A stretch of DNA of 62,762 nt from Trichinella spiralis (lineage: Eukaryota): assembly GCF_000181795.1 (NCBI RefSeq), contig NW_003526941.1:9500038-9562799 (forward strand). Reading direction: 5' to 3'. This document shows positions 1-12,600 of this stretch, one piece after another; within the stretch, counting starts at the first letter, position 1; each line of letters begins with the position of its first letter. The position numbers were made by a program, and so were the translations under genes. The notes beneath the pieces were generated by a model. The model was given only the letters and a program-made list of their open reading frames with translations, did not search any database and was not told the DNA's origin.

Positions 1-263
1 GTGTGAACAGGGTCTACACTAGCTGTAAATATGCCAAACAGTGCTCCTGCACCGCATCCAACGACAGATGCCAAAATCGTCTTGAATATGCAGCTTTCCA
101 TGACACGTTGAATGAAAACTTCTTCAGGCAAAAGTGGAGGTGGAGATGGGAAAGTTAGCGGAACAACTGCGTCATTTTGCATTTCTCCCTTACTTCTAGG
201 CGATAAAAAAATGCGTTCTATAATACTGCGGTATGTTAATTTTTCATTGTCATTTTTCTCCAT
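1..263 (-). CDS. TIMM22: Mitochondrial import inner membrane translocase subunit Tim22 (5' part; runs off window start)
   Basis: Manual minus-strand translation from ATG at 263: MEKNDNEKLTYRSIIERIFLSPRSKGEMQNDAVVPLTFPSPPPLLPEEVFIQRVMESCIFKTILASVVGCGAGALFGIFTASVDP. The MESCxFK...GxxxGxxFGxFTASVD segment is characteristic of Tim22. Not in the supplied ORF track. Confidence 0.9.
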   Translation of the reverse strand, partial: MEKNDNEKLTYRSIIERIFLSPRSKGEMQNDAVVPLTFPSPPPLLPEEVFIQRVMESCIFKTILASVVGCGAGALFGIFTASVDPVH

Positions 264-1100
264 AATTTTCTTTCGAAGTTAAACTCTTCAATCAATTACA
301 GTAAGTCACAAAACTCAAGCAAATATACAAATATGCAATCACTAAAAAGCAGTGGATACATATTACTATTAAAAACTGAGTGTAAATTAATTAAAAGGTA
401 AAGTGAACATGCATTTAATGTAAAATTTGCTGATATTATATTGATATTATTAATATGGTTGATTTTAACGTTTTCCCGTATTATTTCCAACTCTAAACAA
501 ACCGGTTCCAAAACAAACAAATTTTTTCAACAAGAATAACCGGCTTGTTGGCGAAGAAATTTGTTCGGTTCTTTTCTTTCAAATTATAATAGAACAGTGA
601 AAATTAATGGTTAAATCTGAATATAAATAAAATTGAAAATATTAATATATAATGTGTTTGAAACTATTTTGCATAACTTTGAAATGCTTTGTTTTAATGT
701 TCGAATCTTATTATAAATTGATTACTCATATATTTTGATACTGTCATTTATTAGGACACTTCATTTTGAAATACTGTCATCAAAAATTGGCACAAAGTAC
801 TAATAAATTTTTGGCGCCTTTGGTTACTGTATTTTGAATTTGAAATTCTCACACAGTGTTCAAGATCGGTCGCTGTCGGTGGAATAATTTACAAGCAACT
901 ATGTGTTTTCAACTTCATTGGCATTTCAATAAATCGAATTCCAAAATCGTTTAAACAGTAAGTTGTATTTTCTTTTATTTGTTTTTCTATCTGCTTTCGA
1001 TTGTTCGTCATTTTATTTTAATATTTGACAATTTAAAAGTAATGGTAATATTTTTAATTGGGTAATTGAATACAGCTTTGTAAATAGTGTGGTAAAAAAA

Positions 1101-1835
1101 TTAAATATATTTCATTATGATTTCTTGTTTGTCGGCTATAGTTTGCAATTCCATCTTTACTGGCTGCTTAAAAAGGCAAGATAACAATTCTTCTGTAAAT
1201 CCGATTAACCAATACATCTTTGCACTGGTTATTTTCCTCTCTACAATACCAACTAGATATATAATGTTGCCACGCCTTTTTATCACAAGCTAAAATAGAT
1301 ATTAAATTGTAATGAAGTTCAAAATTGAAGGCATAAAATTGAATATCATCACTTCACTAGCGAATAAATTGGGCCAAATTCCTCTAACCAGTCGTCTGAT
1401 TATTTCATCGGCCGCCGCAGTTGGGCCTGATCGAATGCCTATCTCTTCTAAGTTGCCTAGAAGTTGAAAAAAAACAATAATGAATATATTTAAAAGAAAA
1501 AAAATAATTTTTCACCATGTTTGAATTATAGAATTATGAATAAATTAGCTTAGTATGAGAAAAGCAATTTTCTTATATCAAAATATACGTACTGGTATGC
1601 CATGTAAGCCAAGATTTTCGCACGCCGATTTGTTCAGGCTTTTGTGCCATTTCGTAAGTTAACGGCTTGGTACGGAATCGTGTCGTCTGTAGAAAAAGAA
1701 TAATTTTTACTTTTATCGATTCAGTGGAATTGTCGTTTTGTTTACTTTATGTTTTCCAGCCTGTGTTTTCCACAACGTGGCGGTCGTCGATAATGCACGA
1801 TAAATTGACGATTGAAATCGTTTTCCACTTAACAT
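1101..1835 (-). CDS. MRPS24: Mitochondrial small ribosomal subunit protein S24 (uS3m), 4 exons
   Basis: Spliced: MLSGKRFQSSIYRALSTTATLWKTQAGKHK|TTRFRTKPLTYEMAQKPEQIGVRKSWLTWHT|SNLEEIGIRSGPTAAADEIIRRLVRGIWPNLFASE|LVIKRRGNIIYLVGIVERKITSAKMYWLIGFTEELLSCLFKQPVKMELQTI. KPLTYE..RKxW..WHT and IKRRGN...YWLIGFxExLLS match MRPS24. N-terminus resembles a mitochondrial presequence. Confidence 0.92.
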
Positions 1836-3030
1836 CGCAGCTTCAATTAAAAAAAAATTTTCATATCATTAAATAGTGAAAGTAATTTTTAAAAAAATAA
1901 CATGCATTTATAATTTTATGAAATCATCATTGGACAGATATAGTAATTTGCGCGAATGCATATCGTCGAAATTGTCAATTGGTTATTCAGCTTCATACTT
2001 TGTATTACTTTAAAATTTATCATATCATATTTTTAAGTTAACTGGCAAACTAAAAATGAATTTCAGAATTCTGATGAAGAGTGTTTTCATAACGAAAATT
2101 AAGTTCCTTTTGAATCATTACTGTATAGTCAACACTGAAATATATTGATCGATTGATTGAATTGGTTGATAAATTCATTTTTTACAACGAAAATTTATTT
2201 TAAAAAAAGTGTTTTTATCGAGACCGTATAATTTGCGAATAATTTTTTTATGGTTCATTTTTACTGTACGTTAAAACAACGAACATATTTGAAAAAGATG
2301 AATTGATCAGATACTATAAATTCAATTGTGAATCATTATTCATTTTGCATTCGAATATTTAACATGTTTGGAATTGTTTTTTTTTCGTGCCAATTTTCAA
2401 AATTCAACCAGTGATGATGTCAGTTGATGGGGGGGGGGGGGATTTTTTTTGCTCCATCTATCTAACAATGCATTTTTGAAAGTGAAGGCTGAACACAAGT
2501 AAAAAAGAGTATATTTTGCATTTTTAAAAAGTGCAATTCGTAAAAAAAAGAAGCAAATAAATAATTTACGAAGTGATTTTTCATCAAAATGCAAAATTTA
2601 TATTAATCAATGGAAATTTTTTGCATAATAATCACTTGGACGCAGAAATGATAATTTATAAATTGGAATGTTTTTTCCAATTTTACTTTTATTGTTAGAA
2701 ATTATAAAAAAATTGATTATTGAATTATAAAAAAATGTTTGTTGTTTTTAAATTTTATATGATGAATAAAAGGAAATTGGTAAATTTTATTATCAATGAA
2801 GGACGACGATGTGTTATGCAATTGTGAAGAGAATAATGTTGAAATGTTGTTTTATTTTTAGTAATCGATTTCAATTTGACATAAATTTTAAAAATGAAAA
2901 CAACAATATTAATAATGAATAATAGGTGAAAATAGTGAAGATGTAAAAGATTGAAATCAGGGTTTTTGTTTTGTTCAAATCATCGGCATTTTGTTCAGGG
3001 TCATTGTTTTGAAAAGTCCAAGAATTGCAC

Positions 3031-3422
3031 CATGCCAACAGTGATTAGCGTGATTGGCATGAATGATTAGCGCGTGAGCTGAAAGTGGACAAAACGTGCG
3101 TGTGGCTTGAATTCTTCTTTTTTTTTCTTTTCTCTTCACATCACAAAAAAACTGAAAATTAATTTCCTTTTATTTTTTTCCATGATGACCTACTTTTTTG
3201 CTTTTGTTTTTATTTTTAATATTATTTGTTTAATATTGTTTTTTTTCAAATTTTTCTTGACCCATCTGTCAACAAGATGGATGATGATAGTCGTAATTGG
3301 ATTGTGGAGTAAAAGAGGGGAAATTTTTTTTCTCCCCTTTTTTCAATTTTTTCTCATCGTCTCCACTGGCGGCAGACAGTAATATTTGCATATTGACAGT
3401 TCGCTCTGATTGGTCGATTGGT
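3031..3422 (+). promoter_or_regulatory. Putative promoter region of the uninflatable-like gene
   Basis: GC-richer islands upstream of ATG 3699 with repeated TGATTAGCG (about 3042 and 3064) and tandem inverted CCAAT boxes (GATTGGTCGATTGG about 3408-3421). Function inferred from position. Confidence 0.35.
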
Positions 3423-3517
3423 GGCCAAAGATGATCATCGACCTGTGCGTGCGGTGTTGCGTGTTGCAGTGAATGCAAGGACGCCGCCGGATACTTGTAG
3501 TTGACGTCCTTGAAATA

Positions 3518-3542
3518 GAAGAAGAAGAAGAAGAAGAAGAAG
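3518..3542 (+). repeat. (GAA)n microsatellite in the probable 5' leader
   Basis: About 8 GAA units seen directly. Confidence 0.9.
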
Positions 3543-3698
3543 TTGTTTTGCTTTGACAACAAAACGGCAACTCATTCATCCGGCTATTCATTTGCGATGA
3601 AACTTTTTTCCATCTTTACCACCATGCTTTATGCATAATTTTGCATAAATTAGCAGTTCATAAGAGGAATAAAAATTTCCATTTATTACTTTATCCTA

Positions 3699-6600
3699 AT
3701 GCTCTCGTTTACTATTGTTTTCTCTACTGTTTTTTCATTTCATTTTCTTGCAACAACTTTGTGTGTTGAATTCAAACAACAACAGCGAATCAAACGATTA
3801 AGAGATGAGGTATCTTTTATTATTATTAGTAGTATTATTATTTATTAATATTTTTGAAAAATTTATTAAAATTTAAATTACCATTAATTTTTTTATTATT
3901 CAAGGATGAACCAGCGATAGTGTTGGCTGATGATCAACAGACCAAATATCTCCAACGAGATATCAAACTCATATGTCCAGAAGGTAAAGTTGTCATTAAT
4001 TTGTTGTTTCATTATTAAGTTTAATAATGAATGCTTTTGTTCAGATTGGAAATTGAATGGTTTGACATGTTATCGTGTATATACACAACCTCGATCATGG
4101 TCTCAGGCTCTTTCTTTATGCTCAAGGTAAGTTTAATAGTAATAATAATTATTATTTGTTTGTTTGTTTTATTAAATATTTCTTTTTTCTGTTTAGATAT
4201 GGAAGTCAGTTGGCTCGTATTTTGACAGTGGAAGAAAATGATTTTGTTTATCACTTGGCTCGTGCTCAACTGAAACAATCCGATCACAAAGAATTCTGGA
4301 TTGGTAAGAAGATATGAAAATACGATTTATCATTCTAATAATAATTTTGAACCATAACCGTGTGCAATAATTTTTTTCCACAGTTAATTAGTCCATTATA
4401 TAGCATTTTTAATATTTTTCCTTTTCAACAATATTAAATAAGTGAAAAATGAAATGCATATTGATTGTTGTAGGAATTCATTTATTTTCTCTTGTTTTTC
4501 TTCCACCACTTTTATTATCTCATCTTTGACCACTGAGTGAGTGATGTTTGAAATCAAGTAAGTTACCATGACCTTATGGGAAACTTGCTTTCTTGTGGTA
4601 TAGTTTATTGCAGACTAATACTACTAGTACTACTGTTAGAGTTTTGCATATTTGGCTTGACTGGAATGAAAGGTTAAAAGGACAATTGAAATGCTTGGGC
4701 TTCAATTGGCAATCTTTTTTTTATCAATATGAGGTTGAAAATTATCTTCCACATTTGATGCATTCGACAGATTCCATTTTCAAATGGAAAATTTCCATCT
4801 ATTTTTTGTCTTACTTTTTCTTTTCAAACCCCATCACGTTCGACGAATGTTTCCGATATGCTAATTTTATTATTGTTCAATTTCAGTTGACTGTAGTTTC
4901 AAAAATTTTTAAATTTTCCATTTTTAAAAAACATCATTACAAAATTTCATTGTTGTCAATTTCCGTTGAACATAAATTCTCTTCACTAATGACAGTGCAA
5001 TATTTCAAAGATGTCATTTATTAATGACAAACAAATGGATATCTTTATTTATTTGTTATTTATTTTCATAAACGTTTTTAATTGTTGTCTGTTTTCCTTT
5101 TTGTCACACCATTTTGAAGTCGTTTCGCAATATTCACTTCCAATTATTGAAAGTTCAAGGTAAACTCGTGGCCAATATAGGCTGTATCAAATTTCTTTAA
5201 CACGTGATCGTTTGTTTTCTTTTGCCATGTAAAATATGCTTCAACTGACTTTCAATTTGTTAAATGATATGTTTAAAAAAACCTTTTTTTTTATAACATT
5301 GATATATTTCAGTGGATATATTCAATTTATAATAATTATCGTAATAAATTCGGTGATGTGTATGATTATTATTCTAAATTTAATAAAAAAAATTATGGGG
5401 AGAGAAAAAAAAATTTTTTTAATGTATATATTATATTGTATACATGATGGAAGGTCAATTTGATCAATGTCCTTTGCAAGTCAACTGCAGAAGTTAGATA
5501 GTGATTAATCAGCCACAGCTAATAATCTAGTTTGGACAAGATATTTTATAGGCGTTTGAACTCTTCTTCAACTGCTTATCATTGCGACACATTAACTCTG
5601 ATAGAACAAATATAGTTCAAATGATTCATAAACTAAGAATCTTTACAAAAGTTTTTTTTTCTTGAATTAATTTATTAATTTATTTATTTATTATATCAGC
5701 TAATTATTTTATTGGATAATATTAATAATCTTTTTTTAAATTTTTTGATGAAATCAATTTGATCATGTTAAAATGAAAATTTCTGATTTATAAATGTATC
5801 ATTTTAGATAATCAGATTTGAAAATCTGATTATCGTGAAAGTCCAATTGAAACGCTGATAAAATTGTCCACGTGAACATTTTCTACAATTACCCCAATAT
5901 TGATTGTTGTTTCAATTTTTCAATTCTTGTTCTTGTTGATGCTATGTATATACAGTTGAATTTTGTACGATTGAATTTGATGAATTTTATTTGTTTAATT
6001 TATTTATTTGCATATTTTTGATGGTCTTTCAGGTGAATTCAATTTACCTCTGAAAAATCGATCGTCCAATTTTCTTTGGTCAAACAATGAACCGACGTCC
6101 AAGTATGGCGGCTTTTGGCACCTCGGACAGCCGGATCTCACGGTTGGGAGTTGTGTTGCCGTATGTGAATTATCATTTATTAATTAATAAATTATTTAAA
6201 ATTTAAAAAAATGTTTTTTTTCAGTCATCAATTGCAAAAGCAAACGATAATGATCACTCTGCTTGGCACTTGACTGCTTGCAATCATCTTTATCCGTTCG
6301 TTTGTCAGCTTCAAGCTTGCGTAGAAGGTGGAAACGAAAAATTCAAAACAAAAAAGTATACATATGTATATACCTATATATATTTCATATTCAGGAATGA
6401 TGTTCTGTCATAATGGCAAATGCATAAGCAAAAATGGTAAATGTGATGGTTTTGACGATTGTGGCGATTTGAGTGATGAAATGAATTGTCGAGGTATATG
6501 TAGTATAATTTATCGAAAATTATATATATATGTATGATTGTTCTATAAAAAAAAATGATTCAGCAAGCCAAGGCAATGCGTTGTGCATACGTTACGCGAA

Positions 6601-9600
6601 AGGTGATAGCGGTATTGTGGAATCGCCAAACTTTCCTGCTGAATACAAGTCAAATTTGAATTGTCAGTGGACAATTGAAGTAGCTGCCAATGCTAAAATA
6701 CGTCTGGAGTTTGAATCGTTCCAAACGGAACCATATTACGACATTGTTACACTGTTGGACGGCGGTCCTGTGGAAAATACGAGCGTTGTAGTTGACCATA
6801 TATCTGGAAATGTTGATCCTTCGAAATTGATTTTCCTCTCGTCGACCAATAGGATGGCAGTTAAATTCAGATCCGACGCTTCGGTCAATTTCAAAGGCTT
6901 CAAAGCCAACTGGAGATTAGGTATATTACAATATTGTTGATATCAATTGTCAATTATTATTTCATATAATTTGAACTATTTATTCCAGTTACGTTTGATT
7001 GCGGTGGTCGATTGAAAGCGCATCCAAATGAACAGACGATCAACTCACCAAATTATCCACAAAATTATCCAAATGGTGCAGAATGTTTGTGGATTATTGA
7101 AGCTACAGGAAATCAGCTAATTTCCATAACTGTGCGTGTATTGGAATTTGATTTACAAAATTATTTATTTATTTATTTATTTATTATTTATAGATCAATG
7201 ATGTTGAATTGGAAAATGGAAAAGATATGCTGATAATTTATGACGGTGAACATAGCACTTCGAGAGCTTTGTTTTCAACTTCCTCTGCTATTGACGAACC
7301 TCGAGTTGTCATTTCGACCAGAAATCGCGTTTCTGTCTACTTTTTCAGCAATTATTTAAATTCTGCCAGGGGATTTTCCATCTCTTATCGATTAGGTAGA
7401 TAGACAATTTTGCTTTTTCTGATTTTTATTTTAAAATTTATTCCAATAATAAACAGGCTGTGACAATACCATGCAAGGAACATCTGGCTTCATCACTTCT
7501 CCAGGCAATAATGCTGTTGATTATCACGGTGATCACCTTTGCACTTTTACTGTCAATCCAACTCAACAAGTTATGCCGCCTAGACCTGTGACTTTGGTAA
7601 TTAATCATTTCACTGGAAATGCGGAAACTTTTCTACAAGTAATAATGAGATAATAATTTCAACGGTTTTTCTTTTATAAAATTATTTCATATTCAGATTT
7701 TTGATGGTATGGACAATCGTGGCCATCAATTGTATCCAAAGGGAAAAGAAGGCAGTGTATTGAAATCGGGCGGAACTTTGATTTCTGAGACAGGACATTT
7801 CTTTTTGCTTTTCAAAGAGACACCATTAGACAGTACAGTAAACTGGAACATTACATATTCATTAAGTATGGAAATTTACATTTGAAAAATCATTCATAAT
7901 TATTTTCAATTTTACCTTTTTTTTGAAGATTGTCCACCACTTACTTTGTCGAAAGATGTGCTTTTGTCGAGCACTAGTACAGCGTACGGAACGAAAGTGA
8001 ACATTTCTTGCCCGTATGGAAGTGAATTTATTAATGGAATTGGATCATCCACAGAGTTGACTTGTCTTCTTGGAGGGCAGTGGAGTCAAAATTTTATACC
8101 CAGATGTCAACGTATGCTTTAATTGAAAAGTTCAATTTTTGTTCTTTTTACAAAATAAAATTGATCTTATACTTTAGCAATCTATTGTCCAATCATGCCT
8201 GTACCTGCCGAAAATGGATTCGTTGCTGCAGCAACGAATGTAACATATATGGGAAAAGTTTCCATCAAATGTTACAGGGGACATGCATTTTCAAGTGGTC
8301 TCGATGTGGAGGAAATAGATTGCAATGAAGATGGAACATGGTCTAAAATTCCACAATGCAAAGGTAGAACATTTTGTTTATTTTAAATTTTGTTTCATTG
8401 GCTATTTATTGATATAGTATGATTAATTTTTTAAGAAAAAAATTTACACTTTACTTTACAATTCTTACGCATGTCTGTAATAACTGCGTGTAATTTAGCA
8501 CTGGTCTGCCCCGAGTTGCCAGAATTTGTCAATGGTAACAGAACAATTTTACGAGGTGACGGTCGAAGTTATGGTACAATTTATAAATATCGATGCTTCT
8601 CCGGATCATACATGGAAGGCGCTGATACGGTGCTTTGTGAAATGGATGGCTGGTCTTCTCCTGAACCTGTTTGCAAAAGTATAAATTAATGGAACATTTT
8701 GATATTGAAGTGATAAATAATTAAGCGTTGGTTTTAAGAATTAAGCTGTGAACCAATCTCATATACGGGAAATGTTTTACTGAAAACAGACGCTTTAAAA
8801 ATTTATTCCGGCGACGTTACACCAGTCGAGTGTCGGCCAGGTTACAAAATGGTCGGAAAAGGGGAAATCATTTGTCAAGATAATCAGCAGTTTACTGAAC
8901 TGCCAGTCTGCGAAGATATCGACGAGTGTCGCTTAGATGGAATGTTCGATTGTTCGTCTTTGACGACAACTTGCAAAAATCTTCAAGGTGGATATGCTTG
9001 TGAATGTCTGGAAGGATATGAACCTAAATTGGGTAAGTTCAATATTAGACATGTCTACTGATGAATGTGTGAAATCTTTTTTTTCATTGTGCCCTTTTAG
9101 AATGCAACTCTACATCTGAGCTTATCAAATCAATGGCCATTCCCTCAGATTCAATAATAAGTGAAAGTGAAACATGGAAATATCCTGCCAAGAACATTGC
9201 CACTTCCGGCTGGTGTGGAAAACTGCCAGAACCGGGTGCTAACAGTATCAGTATTGTATTGGATGAACCTAGAATTATCGAAGCTGTAATAATTAAAAAA
9301 ATCAGCGACAACACATTAGCACAAGTGATGGCGATTTCATTGAAATATAGTCTGCACTCTACGCATCCTCTTAAGCAATATGTTGATAATGATGGTTCTG
9401 TAAGATGGAATATTTCTTTTCTGTTGCAGAATATTTAATTTATTGCTCATTTATTTAGAAAATTTTGTTGAAATCAAATGGTGGCATTATTATGCTTCCT
9501 GAGCCAATTGAAGCAGAGGCAGTTAAAATAACAATTGAGGAATACAAATCTGCTCCTTGCATGATAATGGAGCTTCAAGGCTGCAGACGAACATCATGCA

Positions 9601-12600
9601 CTGGTAAAAGTGTTTTTCTTTCTCTTCGAATTGCTTATTATTTTTTACCTTCATTAAATTGGAAATATTTTATTCATTCTGTACAAAATCTATTTTTTTA
9701 TGTTGTAAAAGTTTCTAATTAACTGTCATTTTTTATTTAAAAAACAAAGAGAACAGAAATGTGAATAGCATATTTTTTTTGAAAAAATTCTGCATTTTAT
9801 TTTGTGCGGGAGGGGGGGGTTATTTATTTTAATTAGATAATTGACTTTGTTTAGCAGCACATAGATTAGAAATTGGCTTTATTATGATCGATCGATTTGT
9901 TCAAATTCGTTGATTTATTTATTTTAGATATCAATGAATGTCTAATTGACAAAGGAGGATGTGAGCATTTGTGCATTAATCGACCCGGCAAATATGAATG
10001 TTCATGTCACCCGGGATACGAGTTGTTCACGAAAAATGGACAAAATGATATGTACGTGCATCCAAAAGAATCCGGAACTCGTCTTGGTGATGTTTTTGGA
10101 CTGAATAAATCTTGCATTCGTAAATATGCGTTTTTTTCAAATAATTAATCATTATTATTCTATTTTGTTATAATATTTTCGATTTTAGCTCGTACATGCA
10201 ATTCATTGATACCACCAGAAAACGGTGATATAGTTTCAACTGCGACGAAGTTTTCATATCCAATTGTTGTTGAATTTGTCTGCAATTTTGGATTTCAGCT
10301 TCACGGATCACAGTTTTTGCAATGCATGAGCGACGGTCATTGGAATGCTTCGGTTCCTGTTTGCTCACGTAAATTTGCATAATAATCACTCACGCGAAGT
10401 GTAAATCAAGAATTTGTTGCTTTCCTTTTAGCCGCAAAATGTGCAAACTTTGAAAATGATACGGAAATTGGACTTCACCTTTATCCGGGTAGTCAGTTAA
10501 TTAATTTTGGAGAAAATGTCACCATCACCTGCGCACAGGACACTCGTCCAAATGGTCCAACTGCATTCAGCCATTTTCGTCAGTGTCTTTTCAGTCCTGA
10601 TTCAGATGGTCCAGACTACCGTTTGGCAGGCCTTCCACCAACTTGTGAATGTAAATAAATTTTTTGTTTGCTCTGTATTATTTTGTTTAATTGAAAAATT
10701 CAATAGTGGTGGACTGCGGTGAGCCTGAATTTTTACCTGCCAGCATTTATAAAAATTTCGACGAAGTGCAATCATTCAAATTTGGCAGCAATTTTTTGTT
10801 CACATGCAGAAAACCATTTTTTGTCTCTGGCTCCAGCAACGCTGGTGATCACATTGTACGTTGCCTGGCAGATGGATCTTGGGATTTTGGTGATTTGCAC
10901 TGCGACGGTATAACAGGAATCTTTTCGTTACAAATGATTTTAGCCTATTTTTAACGTTTTGCTATTATTGTTTTTTTTTTCAAGGCACCGTATGCCCAGA
11001 CCCAGGCATATTGCAGGATGGTGATGTGATCATCGATTCTGTAGAAGAGGGCAACATTGCTCGGTTTACTTGTCGTAAACCAGGTTATATGCCATACCCA
11101 ATTTCTGCCATGCAATGCATTATTGGTAATTTTGTCATACTGTAAATTTCACAATGCGGCGGATAGTGAGTGTGTATGGATTGTTTGTAGGTGCGAAATG
11201 TCCAAAAACAGAAGAACTTGGCATCTCTAGTGGAGTTGTTCCTGATACAGCGTTTGCAGCAAACACGGAAACCCCAATTAGAGGATACGAGCCACATGTA
11301 AGAATGTTTCTGTACAAATCGTAAAACATCTTTCCAATTGTTTCCATTTAGAAAGCTAGAATGAGTCGCGGAGGATGGTGTGGATCACCCGACGCTTTCA
11401 TGTTCTTATCGGTTGATCTTCAACACGTCTATACGATAACGACTTTAAGATTAGCCGGTGTTGGTGGGAGTGGTGCCATCCGTGGTCACGTGACAAAGTT
11501 CCAATTGTTTTACAAAAGTCTTTTCAATCAAAACTTTGACACTTATCCAGAGGTGTGGAATAGTAGCTTTGCGATATTGGTTTTTCCTGTTCACCAAACT
11601 AAACAAGTGTTTTTTAACAGGAGTTTGAAATGCCGCCGGGAAATCATAATAAAATGTACGTTTTTCAATTGAAAGAGTTCATCCGTGCCAGGTATATTTT
11701 GATTGGAATTTTGGAATTTGACAATAATCCTTGCTTGCGATTTGACTTACTTGGTTGCTCAATGCCATTGTTTCAAAATCCGGAGATCCATTCTGAATTT
11801 ATGGTATTCATTTGTATTTATGGGCTGTTTTAATTTTTGAGCTTATGATTTTGTGAAATTATTTGTTCAGTTCGGCTGGAATGATTCATTGCCAATTTGT
11901 CGAGACAGTGAGCCGCCGACATTTACTGACTGTCCAATGGAACCCTTGTACGCTCCAATTGATGCAAATGGACAGATGCAACCAATAGAGATACCAATTC
12001 CTAATGCAATAGATAATTCTGGATCAATAGCATGGATAAAAACGGAACCCCCAGAGATGCAGAATTTTCACGTTCTTACGAAAGATACTAATGTCACCTA
12101 CACTGCTTTTGATGCGGCTGGTAATTGGGCGCAGTGTTCAATTGAACTCAAAGTGCCAGGTAAAATAGTAGTGGCAACAGTAGTTTTCTTTTTCATATTT
12201 TTCAGATTGATACGATTGAACTTAATTAATATGTAAATTTTTCTCCAGACAATCGTCCTCCTGTTCTTGTTTGTCCTGAATCATACATAGTTGAAGTACC
12301 GAAGGATGTTCCAGGTATGCAAATGATTTTCAACAGGTCTTCTGTTGATCTCATGATCGACGACGCTTCTGATACTGTTAAAGTAAGAGAATGGTTGTTA
12401 GTCAATTCTATTTTTTTTTGTTTACTTTTCGAACATGCTGTAAGTAAACGTTTAATTAATTAAGCTGACATTTTCACCCGGAGAAATTTATTTGAAATTG
12501 AAACAACATATCACGGTGAAAGTTACAGCTGAAGATGATTTTGGCAATGAAGCATCGTGCAGATTTCAAGTTTTATTGGATAGTAAAACGAAATTGTTCT

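Noticed and set aside
2429..2441. G13 run as a G-quadruplex
   Set aside because: Thirteen G residues are too few for four G3 tracts with loops; treated as a simple homopolymer.
2405..2495. C/D snoRNA candidate (GTGATGA ... CTGA)
   Set aside because: The interior is homopolymer runs, with no clear guide or terminal stem. The boxes are expected by chance.
4593..5024. 143-aa ORF in the uif intron
   Set aside because: F/I/L/K-rich translation of AT-rich intron sequence, no domain, non-ATG start.
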